NCBI GenBank assembly: GCA_902779765.1
Contig: CACZCQ010000007.1
Span: 114,138-178,137 of the forward strand
Origin: an uncultured Bacteroidia bacterium
GTDB taxonomy: Bacteria; Bacteroidota; Bacteroidia; Bacteroidales; UBA932
Direction of reading: 5' to 3'
Length of the DNA: 64,000 bases
The number at the start of each line of letters is the position of its first letter. Position 1 is the first letter of the stretch. Below, piece by piece: positions 1-9,954 of the stretch. Position numbers and translations under genes: made by a program. Below the pieces are notes generated by a model. That model searched no databases, was not told the DNA's origin, and worked only from the letters and a program-made list of their open reading frames with translations.

Positions 1-906
1 ACCGAAGTGGGTCTGGTACATCATCTCGCCGACAGTCTCGTAGTCACCCCTTTCAAGGGCGTCGCAGACGTCGAGAACCCTCTGGACCTCTCCGATGACA
101 TATTCCGCCCTGAGGAAATCCTCCTCGGGGATCTCTTCGCGTACTTCTTCGAGCCAAACCCTCTTGGCGTCACTCAGGAAGTCGACCTCAGGATGGTTCT
201 TCTTGATGGCTGCGGCGGCATTCTCGCAGGATTCGCGCCTTTTGTTATAAGCCGAGGATGCGAGTTCGTGCTTCACACAGGAATCGATGAGAACCAGCTT
301 GTATCCCTTGGGATCGAAGGGAAAATACTTGTATTCGAGAGTCTTGCAGTTCAGGCGGATCAGGCAGCCCTTCTTGCCGAAAATGGAAGCGAACTGGTCC
401 ATGATGCCGCATTTCACGCCGCAATAGTTATGCTCGGTGCTCTGGCCGATCTTGGCAAGCTCGAACTTGTCGATATTGTTGCCGAAGAGCTCGTTGATGG
501 CAAAGGCGAACGTGCTCTCAAGGGCAGCGGAAGAAGACAGACCGGCTCCAAGGGGAACGTCTCCGGCGAATACGCAGTCGAAACCTTCCACCTTTCCGCC
601 ACGCTTGATGGTCTCGCGGCAGACTCCGAAGATATAGCGGGCCCACTGCTGCTGGGGCTTGTCCTCCTCGGAAAGTCCGAATTCGACATATTCGTCATAG
701 TCGATGGAGAAAGCCTTGACCTTGTTGGTGCCGTTGAGCTTGATTTCTGTCATGATGCCGCAATCGATGGCGCCCGGGAACACATATCCTCCGTTATAGT
801 CGGTATGCTCACCGATAAGGTTCACCCTTCCCGCCGAAGCGAAAACTTCTCCCTCGGTTCCGAATAAAGTCTTGAATTTTTCCCTGATTTTGGTTTTCAT
901 ATCCAT
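1..906 (-). CDS. galK: Galactokinase (partial, runs off the left edge)
   Basis: Not in the ORF track. Manual minus-strand translation from 906 gives MDMKTKIREKFKTLFGTEGEVFASAGRVNLIGEHTDYNGGYVFPGAID; GRVNLIGEHTDY is the galactokinase signature. Alternative ATG at 900. Confidence 0.93.
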   Translation of the reverse strand, partial: MDMKTKIREKFKTLFGTEGEVFASAGRVNLIGEHTDYNGGYVFPGAIDCGIMTEIKLNGTNKVKAFSIDYDEYVEFGLSEEDKPQQQWARYIFGVCRETIKRGGKVEGFDCVFAGDVPLGAGLSSSAALESTFAFAINELFGNNIDKFELAKIGQSTEHNYCGVKCGIMDQFASIFGKKGCLIRLNCKTLEYKYFPFDPKGYKLVLIDSCVKHELASSAYNKRRESCENAAAAIKKNHPEVDFLSDAKRVWLEEVREEIPEEDFLRAEYVIGEVQRVLDVCDALERGDYETVGEMMYQTHFG

Positions 907-942
907 GGTATTTATGTGATTATTATATTCTTTCCCGCGAAT

Positions 943-1932
943 TTACTGAAATAATCGGATTTCCCCAACAACCTTCAGGACTATGGGACGATGATCGCTC
1001 ACTCCCCCCGAGTATCTCGGGCCGCTGTATGTCCGGAACGGTTTTTCTCCCGAATGGGCATTATCCTTGACCGTAAGGAAGGGTATGCTTAGTATTTTCA
1101 TCTCCGCCCCGGCCGCAGCCATGGAAGGTGAGACGAAAAACATGTCTATCAGTTCCCATCGGCCGGAATACTTGATGGTCCCCTTCCCTTTCCGGGCAAG
1201 CGGAATGGCGAGGTTGACCATGGTTCGGGAGTATTCTTCAGTGGACTCCGGTACATCGTTGAAGTCTCCCATGGAGACGATGTTCCTCCAGCCGTAGGCT
1301 TTCATGGAATCCGTGGCCTCCTTCAGCCGGCGCAGTGCAGTTTCCCTCCTTCCTGATGATCCTCCGCCGTATTTGGATGGATGGTGGTTGACCAGGACCG
1401 CCAGGCTGTCCCCTCCCGGACCGATGAATTCCGCCAGAAGGATATCCCTCGTATGGAATTCCGGATCGTAATAATCCGCGACTTTCAAGGGTTTGGATGA
1501 CCGTAGAGTCAGACGGTCCTTACGGTAAAGCATGGCTGCGTCTATTCCCCTTGGGTCCGGTGAGTCATAGTGGATTATTCCATATCCCGCCTTTGAAAGG
1601 GGGGTGTCCCCAGTTAGCCTCTCGAGCACGAAACGGTTCTCGACTTCCGCCACTCCTATAACATCCGGAAGCATCCCTTCCCTGTCCGCTATCCACAAGA
1701 CCGTCTTCGCAATGGCAAGCGATTTCCTCATGAATTTCCTCTTCGTCCAGTGTTTCTTTCCATAGGAAGTGAATTCTTCTTCCGAAGCATTGCAAAGTAC
1801 CGTGTCCCTGCGCCAGTCGAAGTAATTCTCAAGGTTCCAGAACATCATGAACAAAGAATCCCTCCCCGGTTCCGGATATGGATCCGGGACTATCAAGGGA
1901 AGGGCAGTAACTATGAATTCGATTATCTTCAT
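943..1932 (-). CDS. Endonuclease/exonuclease/phosphatase (EEP) family protein
   Basis: Motifs FWNLENYFD, GVAEVEN, MGDFND, SDHRP. Start taken at MKII (1932); ORF track extends to 1950. Confidence 0.85.
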   Translation of the reverse strand: MKIIEFIVTALPLIVPDPYPEPGRDSLFMMFWNLENYFDWRRDTVLCNASEEEFTSYGKKHWTKRKFMRKSLAIAKTVLWIADREGMLPDVIGVAEVENRFVLERLTGDTPLSKAGYGIIHYDSPDPRGIDAAMLYRKDRLTLRSSKPLKVADYYDPEFHTRDILLAEFIGPGGDSLAVLVNHHPSKYGGGSSGRRETALRRLKEATDSMKAYGWRNIVSMGDFNDVPESTEEYSRTMVNLAIPLARKGKGTIKYSGRWELIDMFFVSPSMAAAGAEMKILSIPFLTVKDNAHSGEKPFRTYSGPRYSGGVSDHRPIVLKVVGEIRLFQ

Positions 1933-1998
1933 GGCCAAAGATGGAGGCACAAAACAGAAAAAAGGAAAAGAAACGGAAAAACATTTTCTTTAGATTCG

Positions 1999-2006
1999 TA
2001 TCTTTG
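1999..2006 (+). promoter_or_regulatory. Bacteroidota sigma-A -7 element for ychF
   Basis: TATCTTTG matches TAnnTTTG, 40 nt upstream of the ychF ATG. Confidence 0.65.
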
Positions 2007-2046
2007 TCTTCATCAAAAGATAACTGACTTTATAAATCAACGGTTT

Positions 2047-3150
2047 ATGTCTTTGAAGTGCGGAATAGTAGGGCTTCCTAACGTTGGAAAGTCAACCTTG
2101 TTCAACTGCGTCAGCTCGGGCAAGGCCCAGAGCGCCAACTTCCCTTTCTGTACCATTGAGCCCAACCTGGGTTCCACCAATGTGCCGGACAAGCGGTTGG
2201 AGGTGCTTGCCGATATGTGCAAGCCAAAGAGCGTTGTCCCGGCAACGGTCGACATAGTGGACATCGCCGGCCTCGTCAAAGGAGCGAGCAAGGGTGAAGG
2301 ACTTGGCAACCAGTTCCTAGCCAACATCCGCGAGACGGATGCCATCCTTCACGTACTGAGGTGTTTCGACGACGGAAACGTAGTACACGTGGACGGCAGC
2401 GTGGATCCGGTAAGGGATAAGGAAGTCGTGGACATGGAACTCCAGATCAAAGACCTGGAGACCGTGGAGTCAAGGCTTGCCAAGGCGACCAAGCAGGCAA
2501 CGACCGGCGGGGACAAGAACGCAAAAAAGCTGGTTGACCTGCTGCTTCGTTACAAGGAGGCCCTGGAGCAGGGCAAATCCTGCAGGACGGTAAGCCTCAA
2601 CAACGAGGAAGAGGTTTCCCTGTCACATGACCTGTTCCTCCTTACCAACAAGCCGGTCATGTACATCTGCAACGTAGATGATGCCTCCGCAGCCTCCGGC
2701 AACGGATATGTGGATGCTGTCCGCGAGGCGGTAAAGGATGAGGATGCCGAAATCCTTGTCATTTCCGCCAAGACTGAGTCGGAGATTGCCGAAATGGACA
2801 GCTACGAGGACCGCCAGATGTTCCTTGAAGAGATGGGGCTTCACGAGTCCGGTGTAGTCAGGCTGATCCAGGGAGCGTATCATCTCCTCGGACTTCAGAC
2901 GTTCTTCACCGCCGGTGCCGACGAATGCCGGGCCTGGACGATCCACAAGGGAGACAAGGCGCCCAAGGCTGCAGGAGTCATCCACACGGATTTTGAAAAA
3001 GGCTTCATAAGGGCGGAAGTCATCAAATACGAGGACTATGTCTCCCTCGGAAGCGAGAGTGCCGCCAGGGCTGCAGGAAAGCTTGCGACTGAAGGCAAGG
3101 AATATGTAGTACAGGATGGCGACATCATGCATTTCTTGTTCAATGTATAA
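2047..3150 (+). CDS. ychF: Redox-regulated ATPase YchF
   Basis: GIVGLPNVGKST, ANFPFCTIEPN, DIAGLVKGAS, C-terminal TGS domain. True start MSLKC at 2047; the ORF-track extension from 1750 overlaps the EEP gene. Confidence 0.97.
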   Translation: MSLKCGIVGLPNVGKSTLFNCVSSGKAQSANFPFCTIEPNLGSTNVPDKRLEVLADMCKPKSVVPATVDIVDIAGLVKGASKGEGLGNQFLANIRETDAILHVLRCFDDGNVVHVDGSVDPVRDKEVVDMELQIKDLETVESRLAKATKQATTGGDKNAKKLVDLLLRYKEALEQGKSCRTVSLNNEEEVSLSHDLFLLTNKPVMYICNVDDASAASGNGYVDAVREAVKDEDAEILVISAKTESEIAEMDSYEDRQMFLEEMGLHESGVVRLIQGAYHLLGLQTFFTAGADECRAWTIHKGDKAPKAAGVIHTDFEKGFIRAEVIKYEDYVSLGSESAARAAGKLATEGKEYVVQDGDIMHFLFNV

Positions 3151-3163
3151 AAAACCCAAGGAT

Positions 3164-3694
3164 ATGAAAAAGACAACATTGGCAACCTTATTCGCAGCCC
3201 TAGTCATATCTGTCGGCTGCGCTACGACGGTCAGCCTTCCCGACCGTCTCGACAAATTCGTCGAAAAGACAGAGAAGGAGTACAAGAATTATACTGAAGA
3301 GGATTGGGAGAAGTCCCGTGCAGAGTATGATGCTCTGGTGGCGGAAATGAAAGAGAACTATGATTCCTATACAACCTCTGAGAAGGTCCGCACCATGCAG
3401 GCTATAGGGCGCTACAGCACCATGGTTCTTGGCAGTGAGATCTCCAATGCTTCCGATGCCGTCGGTGATGTCCTGCAGCAGATTCCCGAGACAATCAACG
3501 GAATAATCAACGATATCGACACCGCTTCGCTGCGCAAGTCGGTCGAAGGGATCAAGAACGGAATCGAGGGACTTGTCGAAAGTATCGACACAGCAAAGAT
3601 CCGCAAATCCATCGAGAGCATCACGGAGAACATCGACACCGCCAAACTCCGCGAGAAGATCGAGGCTATCGTAAAGATCCTTGAGGGAGAATAA
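3164..3694 (+). CDS. Hypothetical helical lipoprotein (DUF6565-like N-terminal part) with three C-terminal IDTA repeats
   Basis: Signal peptide ending VISVG-C; acidic helical body (YTEEDWEK); IDTAxxR motif three times. DUF assignment is from memory only. Confidence 0.7.
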   Translation: MKKTTLATLFAALVISVGCATTVSLPDRLDKFVEKTEKEYKNYTEEDWEKSRAEYDALVAEMKENYDSYTTSEKVRTMQAIGRYSTMVLGSEISNASDAVGDVLQQIPETINGIINDIDTASLRKSVEGIKNGIEGLVESIDTAKIRKSIESITENIDTAKLREKIEAIVKILEGE

Positions 3695-3711
3695 TCATCC
3701 CCTCCATAAAA

Positions 3712-3748
3712 GAAAAAGAGTGGCTGAAAAATCAGTCACTCTTTTTTT
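3712..3748. terminator. Bidirectional intrinsic terminator
   Basis: AAAAAGAGTGGCTGA-AAAA-TCAGTCACTCTTTTTTT hairpin with A- and T-tracts, between convergent genes. Confidence 0.9.
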
Positions 3749-3762
3749 CGCTTTGTCTTCTG

Positions 3763-5859
3763 CTAGAAGAAACGGGCCCTGTGGTCCTTTACATCCGCCT
3801 CCTGCATCATGACAGGAAGGATCATCTGAGCGTTGTAGCTACCCATCTGGAGAGCGCTGTTCTTTGCGTCTTCTTCGGTATAGAAAGCGCCCATGTCGCG
3901 GGAATTGACCTTGAAGAAGTAGGTTCCGATCGTTCCGGCAACGGGACCGCACAGCTGGCCTTCGGGAGCTACTGAAACAGCACCGATGAACTTGGGATCG
4001 AGACCCTGTCCGGCCATTGTGGCAAACCTTACATCAACGTCTGAACTTACCACGGAATGCAGGGTGTCGGCAATAACCTGAAGGTCGGTCATTCCCTTGA
4101 CCTGCTCGGCGAGCCTTTCCGCAGCCTTCTCGCTGGCAAGCTCACTGTAGAGCTGCTGGTTGATGACATCCTTGACCTCTTCGAGGCTGGCTATTCCTTC
4201 CTCGTGGATACCCTTGACGGTAGCGACGAAGAAATAGTTGTTGTTCACGGTGATGATAGGGGAAACCTTTCCGACCTTGTTGTCGAATATCCACCTGGTA
4301 ACCTCCTTGGCCTGGTCGATAGCTCCATAGCTGGAAGTGCTCTCGAGGACGCCGTTCATCGGATGTGAATAGACTCCGCAGGAATCGACGGCAGCGACGT
4401 AGTCACGATATCCACCGGCTGCAAGCTTTGCAAACTTGCTGGCATTGGCATAATAGTCATTGTAAGTCTCTCCGCTGGGAACGGCGGTCTTCGAAAGGAT
4501 GGCGACCTGCTTCTTGGTTACAGGTGCAGTCCTCTTGGTGACTTCCACAAGGTGGGTTCCGTACTGGGTCTTGAGGGCAAAGGGCTTTCCGACCTGAGCA
4601 GTCATCACGGACTCCATTCCGGGAATCATGAAGGTCTGGGTCATCCAGCCGATATTTCCGAGCTCGCCGTCAGCTGCAGACTGGGTGTCTGCGGAATAGG
4701 AAGCGACGAGGTTGGAGAAGTTCTCTCCCTTGGCAAGGACGCTGAGAAGGCTGTCAGCCTGCTTGTCAGCGGTAGCTCCACGGAGAAGGATGTGCCTTAC
4801 ATAGACGGAATCGGGAACCTGTGCGGTTTCCATGATCCTGCCGGCGTAGAACACGTTGTTGTTGTCCGAAATGATGGGAGAGGTACCGGCAGCGTTGCCG
4901 AACACGAATGAATTCAGCTCGGAATTGACAGTGTTGAGCTCTCCGTCCTTGTACCAGAGACCGTCGAGGGGTTTCTCGGAATTCTTGGCAAGGAAGGACT
5001 TCATGCCTTCCGTGGTGCTGAACTCGTCATAGAGGTCGGTCATGGCCTGGTTGGTTGCAGCGATGTCGGCTTCTGAAGGCTTGACTTCATAAACGACATA
5101 TTCCATATCCCTGGAAGCAGTCTGCTTGAACAGGTTCTTGTGGCTGTCGTAGAACTTCTTGATGGCTTCGTTCGTCACCTTGACGGTGGTGTCGGTCACG
5201 AATCCGTGGGGAACCATCACGAAATCAACATTTGTAGTATTGTTGTTCTCCTCGATAGCCCTCTTGAGCATCAAGGGGTTCTGGATGTTGCTGTTGTTGA
5301 AGAGAGAGCCGTACTTGGCATAGAACTGCTGGGTATTGACAGAATTCTGGATATAATCCCAGTATGCCTTGAGCCTTCCTGTTCCATCCTGTGCGGCGCT
5401 GGAAATGAGGTTCTGGAGGGCTTCCTTGGAGAAGTTCCCGTTCTCGTCCATGAACGCGGGGTTCTGGGCGACGATCGGGGATACCATGTCTCCTGCAAGG
5501 AGTTCTTTCATTTCTTCCTCTCCTACCCTGATTCCGGCATCCTTGGCCTTCTTGGTGAACAGGTACCTGTCCACAAGGTTCTGCCAAGCGGCATTGCGGA
5601 TCTGCTCCTGCTGCTGCTCGTTCTGGGCGGTGGTTCCGGTAACCATCTCGTTGATCGTGGTGAAATTGTCGATATCCTGCTGGAAGTCGGTAAAGGAAAC
5701 CGCCTTGCCGTTGATTTCACCTACATTGTTCTTGGAAGACATCATCTGGAACGCGGACTCAAGAGTCCCCGGGTCGACGATGAATGACAGAAGGGCTATT
5801 GCGATGATTATGGACACCGCAAGTCCGGCCTTCTCGCGAGTTTTTTGAAGAATCGCCAT
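3763..5859 (-). CDS. SurA/PpiD-type periplasmic peptidyl-prolyl isomerase/chaperone
   Basis: N-terminal membrane anchor, SurA_N-like region, parvulin motif VRHILL...YSAD...GNIGW; 698 aa. Confidence 0.9.
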   Translation of the reverse strand: MAILQKTREKAGLAVSIIIAIALLSFIVDPGTLESAFQMMSSKNNVGEINGKAVSFTDFQQDIDNFTTINEMVTGTTAQNEQQQEQIRNAAWQNLVDRYLFTKKAKDAGIRVGEEEMKELLAGDMVSPIVAQNPAFMDENGNFSKEALQNLISSAAQDGTGRLKAYWDYIQNSVNTQQFYAKYGSLFNNSNIQNPLMLKRAIEENNNTTNVDFVMVPHGFVTDTTVKVTNEAIKKFYDSHKNLFKQTASRDMEYVVYEVKPSEADIAATNQAMTDLYDEFSTTEGMKSFLAKNSEKPLDGLWYKDGELNTVNSELNSFVFGNAAGTSPIISDNNNVFYAGRIMETAQVPDSVYVRHILLRGATADKQADSLLSVLAKGENFSNLVASYSADTQSAADGELGNIGWMTQTFMIPGMESVMTAQVGKPFALKTQYGTHLVEVTKRTAPVTKKQVAILSKTAVPSGETYNDYYANASKFAKLAAGGYRDYVAAVDSCGVYSHPMNGVLESTSSYGAIDQAKEVTRWIFDNKVGKVSPIITVNNNYFFVATVKGIHEEGIASLEEVKDVINQQLYSELASEKAAERLAEQVKGMTDLQVIADTLHSVVSSDVDVRFATMAGQGLDPKFIGAVSVAPEGQLCGPVAGTIGTYFFKVNSRDMGAFYTEEDAKNSALQMGSYNAQMILPVMMQEADVKDHRARFF

Positions 5860-5933
5860 TTCGTATTGTTTTATTCAATAATTTCCAACTAATCGATATT
5901 GGGGTGCGAAGATAGTGATTTTTATTCAATTAA

Positions 5934-6566
5934 TCACTTTTTTTTGAGCAAAGGCCCAATAAAGTTGACCGAATCGATTATCACCCTGGTGGAGTCCTGT
6001 ATCACATACACATAACTGTTGAATGGCCTGAACAGTATGGCGTTGCGTGCCATCTCGTCAGACCTCATGCCGAACCCCTGCATGAAATCGTCGTTCGTGA
6101 ACATCCTCACGTAACAATCCGTATATATCTCCTTATTGGCCTGGTCCCAATACAGGGTATCGGTCTCCAGGGTCTGCTGTTTCATTATATTCTGGACAAT
6201 GACATTGCCGAAGGCAGACCACATTTCGGTATTGCTCTTCTTGCTCTTGAAATGCCTGGCGTTGTTGGAGTGGAGCACCGTTTCAAGCATGTCTTCCTCC
6301 GAATATGCGAACACATGAAGCCCTTTCGGGAACAGTTCATATGAGCAGGTGTCATTGTCATATCTCTCCATCACATCAGCTTCTACCCGCATCTTGAGGC
6401 CGCCGTTGTCTGTCTGGACCATGAACAGGCTGTCAACAACCTGTACCGGGGTTTCAGACAGGTTGAGCTGGGCCGCCTCACTGAGCTTTCCTCCGCAGGA
6501 ATATACGACGAAAGCAACCGCAAGCGCGGTTGCAATCGTCAATAGCTTATGTTTCAGGAGTCTCAC
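5934..6566 (-). CDS. lptC: LPS export periplasmic protein LptC
   Basis: Lipoprotein-like signal, TLETDTLYWDQ and FMQGFGMRSD motifs, typical position between a TPR gene and surA. GTG start. Confidence 0.85.
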   Translation of the reverse strand: MRLLKHKLLTIATALAVAFVVYSCGGKLSEAAQLNLSETPVQVVDSLFMVQTDNGGLKMRVEADVMERYDNDTCSYELFPKGLHVFAYSEEDMLETVLHSNNARHFKSKKSNTEMWSAFGNVIVQNIMKQQTLETDTLYWDQANKEIYTDCYVRMFTNDDFMQGFGMRSDEMARNAILFRPFNSYVYVIQDSTRVIIDSVNFIGPLLKKK

Positions 6567-6580
6567 TCCGTGCTTTTCTT

Positions 6581-7882
6581 TTATTTCTGGGTCCTGACCG
6601 TCGTGGTGGCGTGCATTCCTCCGCAGTTGACGCTGTAGGACTGTCCGTCCACTACGTCATACATGAAAGCCTCGGCCTTCTGAGGATAGTATACACTGTA
6701 GGAACCGATGAGCCTGTTGCAGTCTGCGGTAAGGGAAGCATCTGCATTCTTGGCCTTCTGGAGGTAGTCGACAGCCACCCAGTAGTTGGCCCTTCTTTCA
6801 ACCTCATTGCCACCGCAACGTACGGAGCCCCAAATGGTTCCGATGATATAATAAGCCTTGCCCTGGTTTGCGGGATCAAGTTCTGCGGCTCTCTGGGCTG
6901 CGGCGAACGCCTTTGCGTTCATTCCGCTCTTGAGGGCGAAGGCAGCAAGTTCCAACTGGTAGTTGGCCTTGGTCTGGACGTCAAGGTCGTCGAACTTAAG
7001 GGCCTCCTCGAGATAATTGACAGCAGTCGTATTCTCGTCCTTTGCGGCATGCAGTTTATAAAGGTAATAGGCCGATGCTGCGGAAGGCTCGTTGGCGTGC
7101 ATCTTGGTGACAGCCTTGAGGAAGAGGTCGTTGTTCTGGCAACCTTCGGTGTTACCCATCATCTTGACGATGTTGGTGACGAGATCGATGTTATCGGGAT
7201 CGGCCTCATATCGGGGGGTGAACAGTGCGATAAGGTTGTCGCAGCTTGCCACCTGGCTGGTGATGAACAGTCCCTCGATGTCAGCCTTTGTTTTGACCAC
7301 TTCTTCGGTCTGCTCAGCCTTGCCTATGAGGGCGATGGCGTTCTGGTATGTATTGATGACATCCTCGGCGCCAAGCTTGTCGGCCTTGAAGAGATCGATG
7401 GCTGAATTCAGCTGAAGAAGCAGAAGGCTGGGCTTCGTCTTCTCCTGGTTGGTTTCCACTATCTTGCCAAGACCCTCATAGATATCCTTGGGATCCTTAT
7501 AGAACTGGGTCATGTACTGTCCCTTCGTGTTCATGGCTGCGACCGCATAGTTGGGATAATACTCAGCCCTGAGGTCGTTCAAGGTAAGGAGCGAATCCAC
7601 AAGCGCCTGACGCGCTGCGGCATCCTTGGTCTTGTTGATCTCCCTGCCCAGAAGGGTCATACCGTTCAGAAGCATGTTCTGGCTGGCGGTAGGAGGGCAA
7701 AGCTTCATTGCCTTCCTCCAGTTGGGAAGGGCGTCGTCATAATTCTTCTGCTTGTAGTACTCCTGATAGTAGGACAGGTACTTGATGCATTCGTCCTTGT
7801 TGGGACCGTACTTATCCTGCGCGGAAAGATTCATTCCGAGCATCATAGCTAAGCTTAGCAATACAAGAGCAATCTTTTTCAT
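6581..7882 (-). CDS. TPR-containing exported protein, conserved in Bacteroidota
   Basis: Signal peptide MKKIALV, helical TPR-like repeats, conserved C-terminus YWVAVD...YPQKAEAFM. Confidence 0.8.
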   Translation of the reverse strand: MKKIALVLLSLAMMLGMNLSAQDKYGPNKDECIKYLSYYQEYYKQKNYDDALPNWRKAMKLCPPTASQNMLLNGMTLLGREINKTKDAAARQALVDSLLTLNDLRAEYYPNYAVAAMNTKGQYMTQFYKDPKDIYEGLGKIVETNQEKTKPSLLLLQLNSAIDLFKADKLGAEDVINTYQNAIALIGKAEQTEEVVKTKADIEGLFITSQVASCDNLIALFTPRYEADPDNIDLVTNIVKMMGNTEGCQNNDLFLKAVTKMHANEPSAASAYYLYKLHAAKDENTTAVNYLEEALKFDDLDVQTKANYQLELAAFALKSGMNAKAFAAAQRAAELDPANQGKAYYIIGTIWGSVRCGGNEVERRANYWVAVDYLQKAKNADASLTADCNRLIGSYSVYYPQKAEAFMYDVVDGQSYSVNCGGMHATTTVRTQK

Positions 7883-7918
7883 GGTGTTATGGATTAGCAA
7901 GTTAATATTCTTTTTATC

Positions 7919-9244
7919 CTATTCGTACCTGGTCTTCAAGAACCAGATGTCGTAAATATTCAATCCTATGTTAAAGTTCACGTATCTTTCCCTGATCAGA
8001 TTGCCGGTCTTTGACCCCCTCTGTCCGACATCTATTCCCAGTGTCAATCCGTTACTCAACCTGTATACCGGAAGCGTAACACCAAAAGTCAGGCCAAACG
8101 CATTCAGGTCCAATCCGTCTATCTTGCAGTAGGCCTGATCCCAATACGCTCCTCCTCTATAAGTTATCCTCCTGCGGTAGTATCTGATGTCGTTCCTGTT
8201 GGGTACGATGGAGAAGCCGGCCCTCACGGACTGCGCCATTGAGGCGGCGAAGACGGAATTGCCCACATTGGCAAAACCGATGGTATTGTCAAGTCCGGAA
8301 GAAGTCCAGTCCGAACGGCTGTAATTGACTTCCGCGGTCCACTTGTCATTCCCCTTCAAAGCAAGGCCGAATCCCATCTCGCCGGCAAGGGTTACCTTAC
8401 CCTTCGCAAGTTTTTCATTGAACGTCCTGGGTGAAGGGGTTGAGTCGTTGATCGAAGAGATGGTCTGGATCTCGAACCTGTCAACCTCACCGCTGAGATT
8501 GGCTTTCAACTTGTAAGTCGCGCCTACTACGGCGGAAACATTCTTGCCCATGGGCACTTCATACTGCATTCCGAACTTTCCGGTCAAGGCATGGAGATGC
8601 ATGGTGTAACCGCTGCTGATGCTCCTGTAGGAGTTGGAGGCCATCGTGAACTTGTTGTCCTTGTGCAGGGTTCCGAAAATATAGTCAAATTCTCCGCCTA
8701 CCGAGAATCCCTTGAATACATTTACTCCGGCTCCGATGAAAGCATTGGTCAGGCTGCCGTAACCCTGTACTGTATTGAGTATGGATTCCGTCTTGGCTAT
8801 TATCTCCGGATCGGTCTCCCACGCCGAAATCTTGTATCCCACATCACTGTACGGAGCCAGGCCGACATACATTGCAAGGGGCTTGCAGATCGGGAACGAC
8901 ATCGCAACGCTGCTGAGGTTGAACGTGTTGTTCGAGCTGTGCATGTCTCCCTGTGCGTAATAGCGGTTTCCCTGGGCTACGCTGAAATCGAACATGAATG
9001 ATTTCGTATCCCTTTCGGTAACCGCCGCCGGGTTGAGAAGGTTTATGTTCCTTTTGTCGCGTGTGGCGATACCCGTCCCACCCATGCTGCGGTTATAGGC
9101 TGTTCCGAATTTGGATATGTCACCTATGCCGTACATGGAATACGGGGAATATGAATTATACGCCTCGTTCTGCGCACCCAGAGGGAGCACACAGAAAGCC
9201 AGCGCTACGGCCAGGAGTATCTTGTCAAACTTTCCTTTCAGCAT
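7919..9244 (-). CDS. Outer-membrane beta-barrel protein (FadL/PorV-like)
   Basis: Signal peptide, SPYSMYGIG and MGGTGIA motifs, NPAA, alternating beta-strand pattern, aromatic C-terminus. Confidence 0.75.
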   Translation of the reverse strand: MLKGKFDKILLAVALAFCVLPLGAQNEAYNSYSPYSMYGIGDISKFGTAYNRSMGGTGIATRDKRNINLLNPAAVTERDTKSFMFDFSVAQGNRYYAQGDMHSSNNTFNLSSVAMSFPICKPLAMYVGLAPYSDVGYKISAWETDPEIIAKTESILNTVQGYGSLTNAFIGAGVNVFKGFSVGGEFDYIFGTLHKDNKFTMASNSYRSISSGYTMHLHALTGKFGMQYEVPMGKNVSAVVGATYKLKANLSGEVDRFEIQTISSINDSTPSPRTFNEKLAKGKVTLAGEMGFGLALKGNDKWTAEVNYSRSDWTSSGLDNTIGFANVGNSVFAASMAQSVRAGFSIVPNRNDIRYYRRRITYRGGAYWDQAYCKIDGLDLNAFGLTFGVTLPVYRLSNGLTLGIDVGQRGSKTGNLIRERYVNFNIGLNIYDIWFLKTRYE

Positions 9245-9950
9245 AATTGTCAGCTATTAAGGCCAACCCCATCAGCACAAGATTACAGACTACAAAGATG
9301 GAGTTTTTCATTCTTTTTGCAAAATATAACGCGTCTCCTCCGGTAAAAACGGCTACTTTTTCCGGAAAAAGCGACAAGTACCCAAGTATTTCAAACATTA
9401 TGCCGCCCACAACTCCGTCTTCTATGGAAGAAATCAGGGAATCTCCCGTCTGGCTGACTGTCGAAGGGGTATTCACGAGCGGCAGCGTCCTTGAATACCT
9501 GTTAAGCGCCTTGAATCTGGTCCGGCAGCCGAGGGATATATTTCCACCAGTATATTCCCCGTCCTCACCGGTAACGTCCACCGTCAGGGTTGTTCCGAAA
9601 TCGAATACCACACAGCCCTTTCCTTTGAAAAGATGCCCGGCGGCGAGTACGGAAGCCGCCCTGTCCGAAGACAGATAGGCAGGGAGTCCGTATTCCTCTA
9701 TTATTTCAGTATGTTTCCTGTCCATTACCAGAAGGGTCCTGCAGCCGGAACGCAGTCTCTCCTCTTTCTTGGTATCTATCTCTATTGTGGAGGAAACGAC
9801 CATCACATCAGCTTTTTCCCTGGCCACTATGGAGTCAATGAAATCGAACATCTTCTCCCCCTGGTAACGGAAGGTTTTTCCGAGCGTCATTCCGTCCGCC
9901 CAGGCAGCCTTCAAGGCCGTGTTTCCTATTTCGATCAAAAGATTGGACAT
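9225..9950 (-). CDS. coaX: Type III pantothenate kinase
   Basis: IEIGNTALK, SDR, VFDFGTTLT, GGNISLG, FTGGDA motifs. Confidence 0.9.
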   Translation of the reverse strand: MSNLLIEIGNTALKAAWADGMTLGKTFRYQGEKMFDFIDSIVAREKADVMVVSSTIEIDTKKEERLRSGCRTLLVMDRKHTEIIEEYGLPAYLSSDRAASVLAAGHLFKGKGCVVFDFGTTLTVDVTGEDGEYTGGNISLGCRTRFKALNRYSRTLPLVNTPSTVSQTGDSLISSIEDGVVGGIMFEILGYLSLFPEKVAVFTGGDALYFAKRMKNSIFVVCNLVLMGLALIADNYAERKV

Positions 9951-9954
9951 GGTA

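Noticed and set aside
7-867. 286-aa plus-strand ORF
   Set aside because: Antisense shadow of galK, which carries the recognisable signature on the minus strand.
1750-2046. N-terminal extensions in the ORF track (ychF, ybeY, folK, fabG, GH116, EEP at 62577)
   Set aside because: They overlap upstream genes or promoters; family-typical starts lie downstream.
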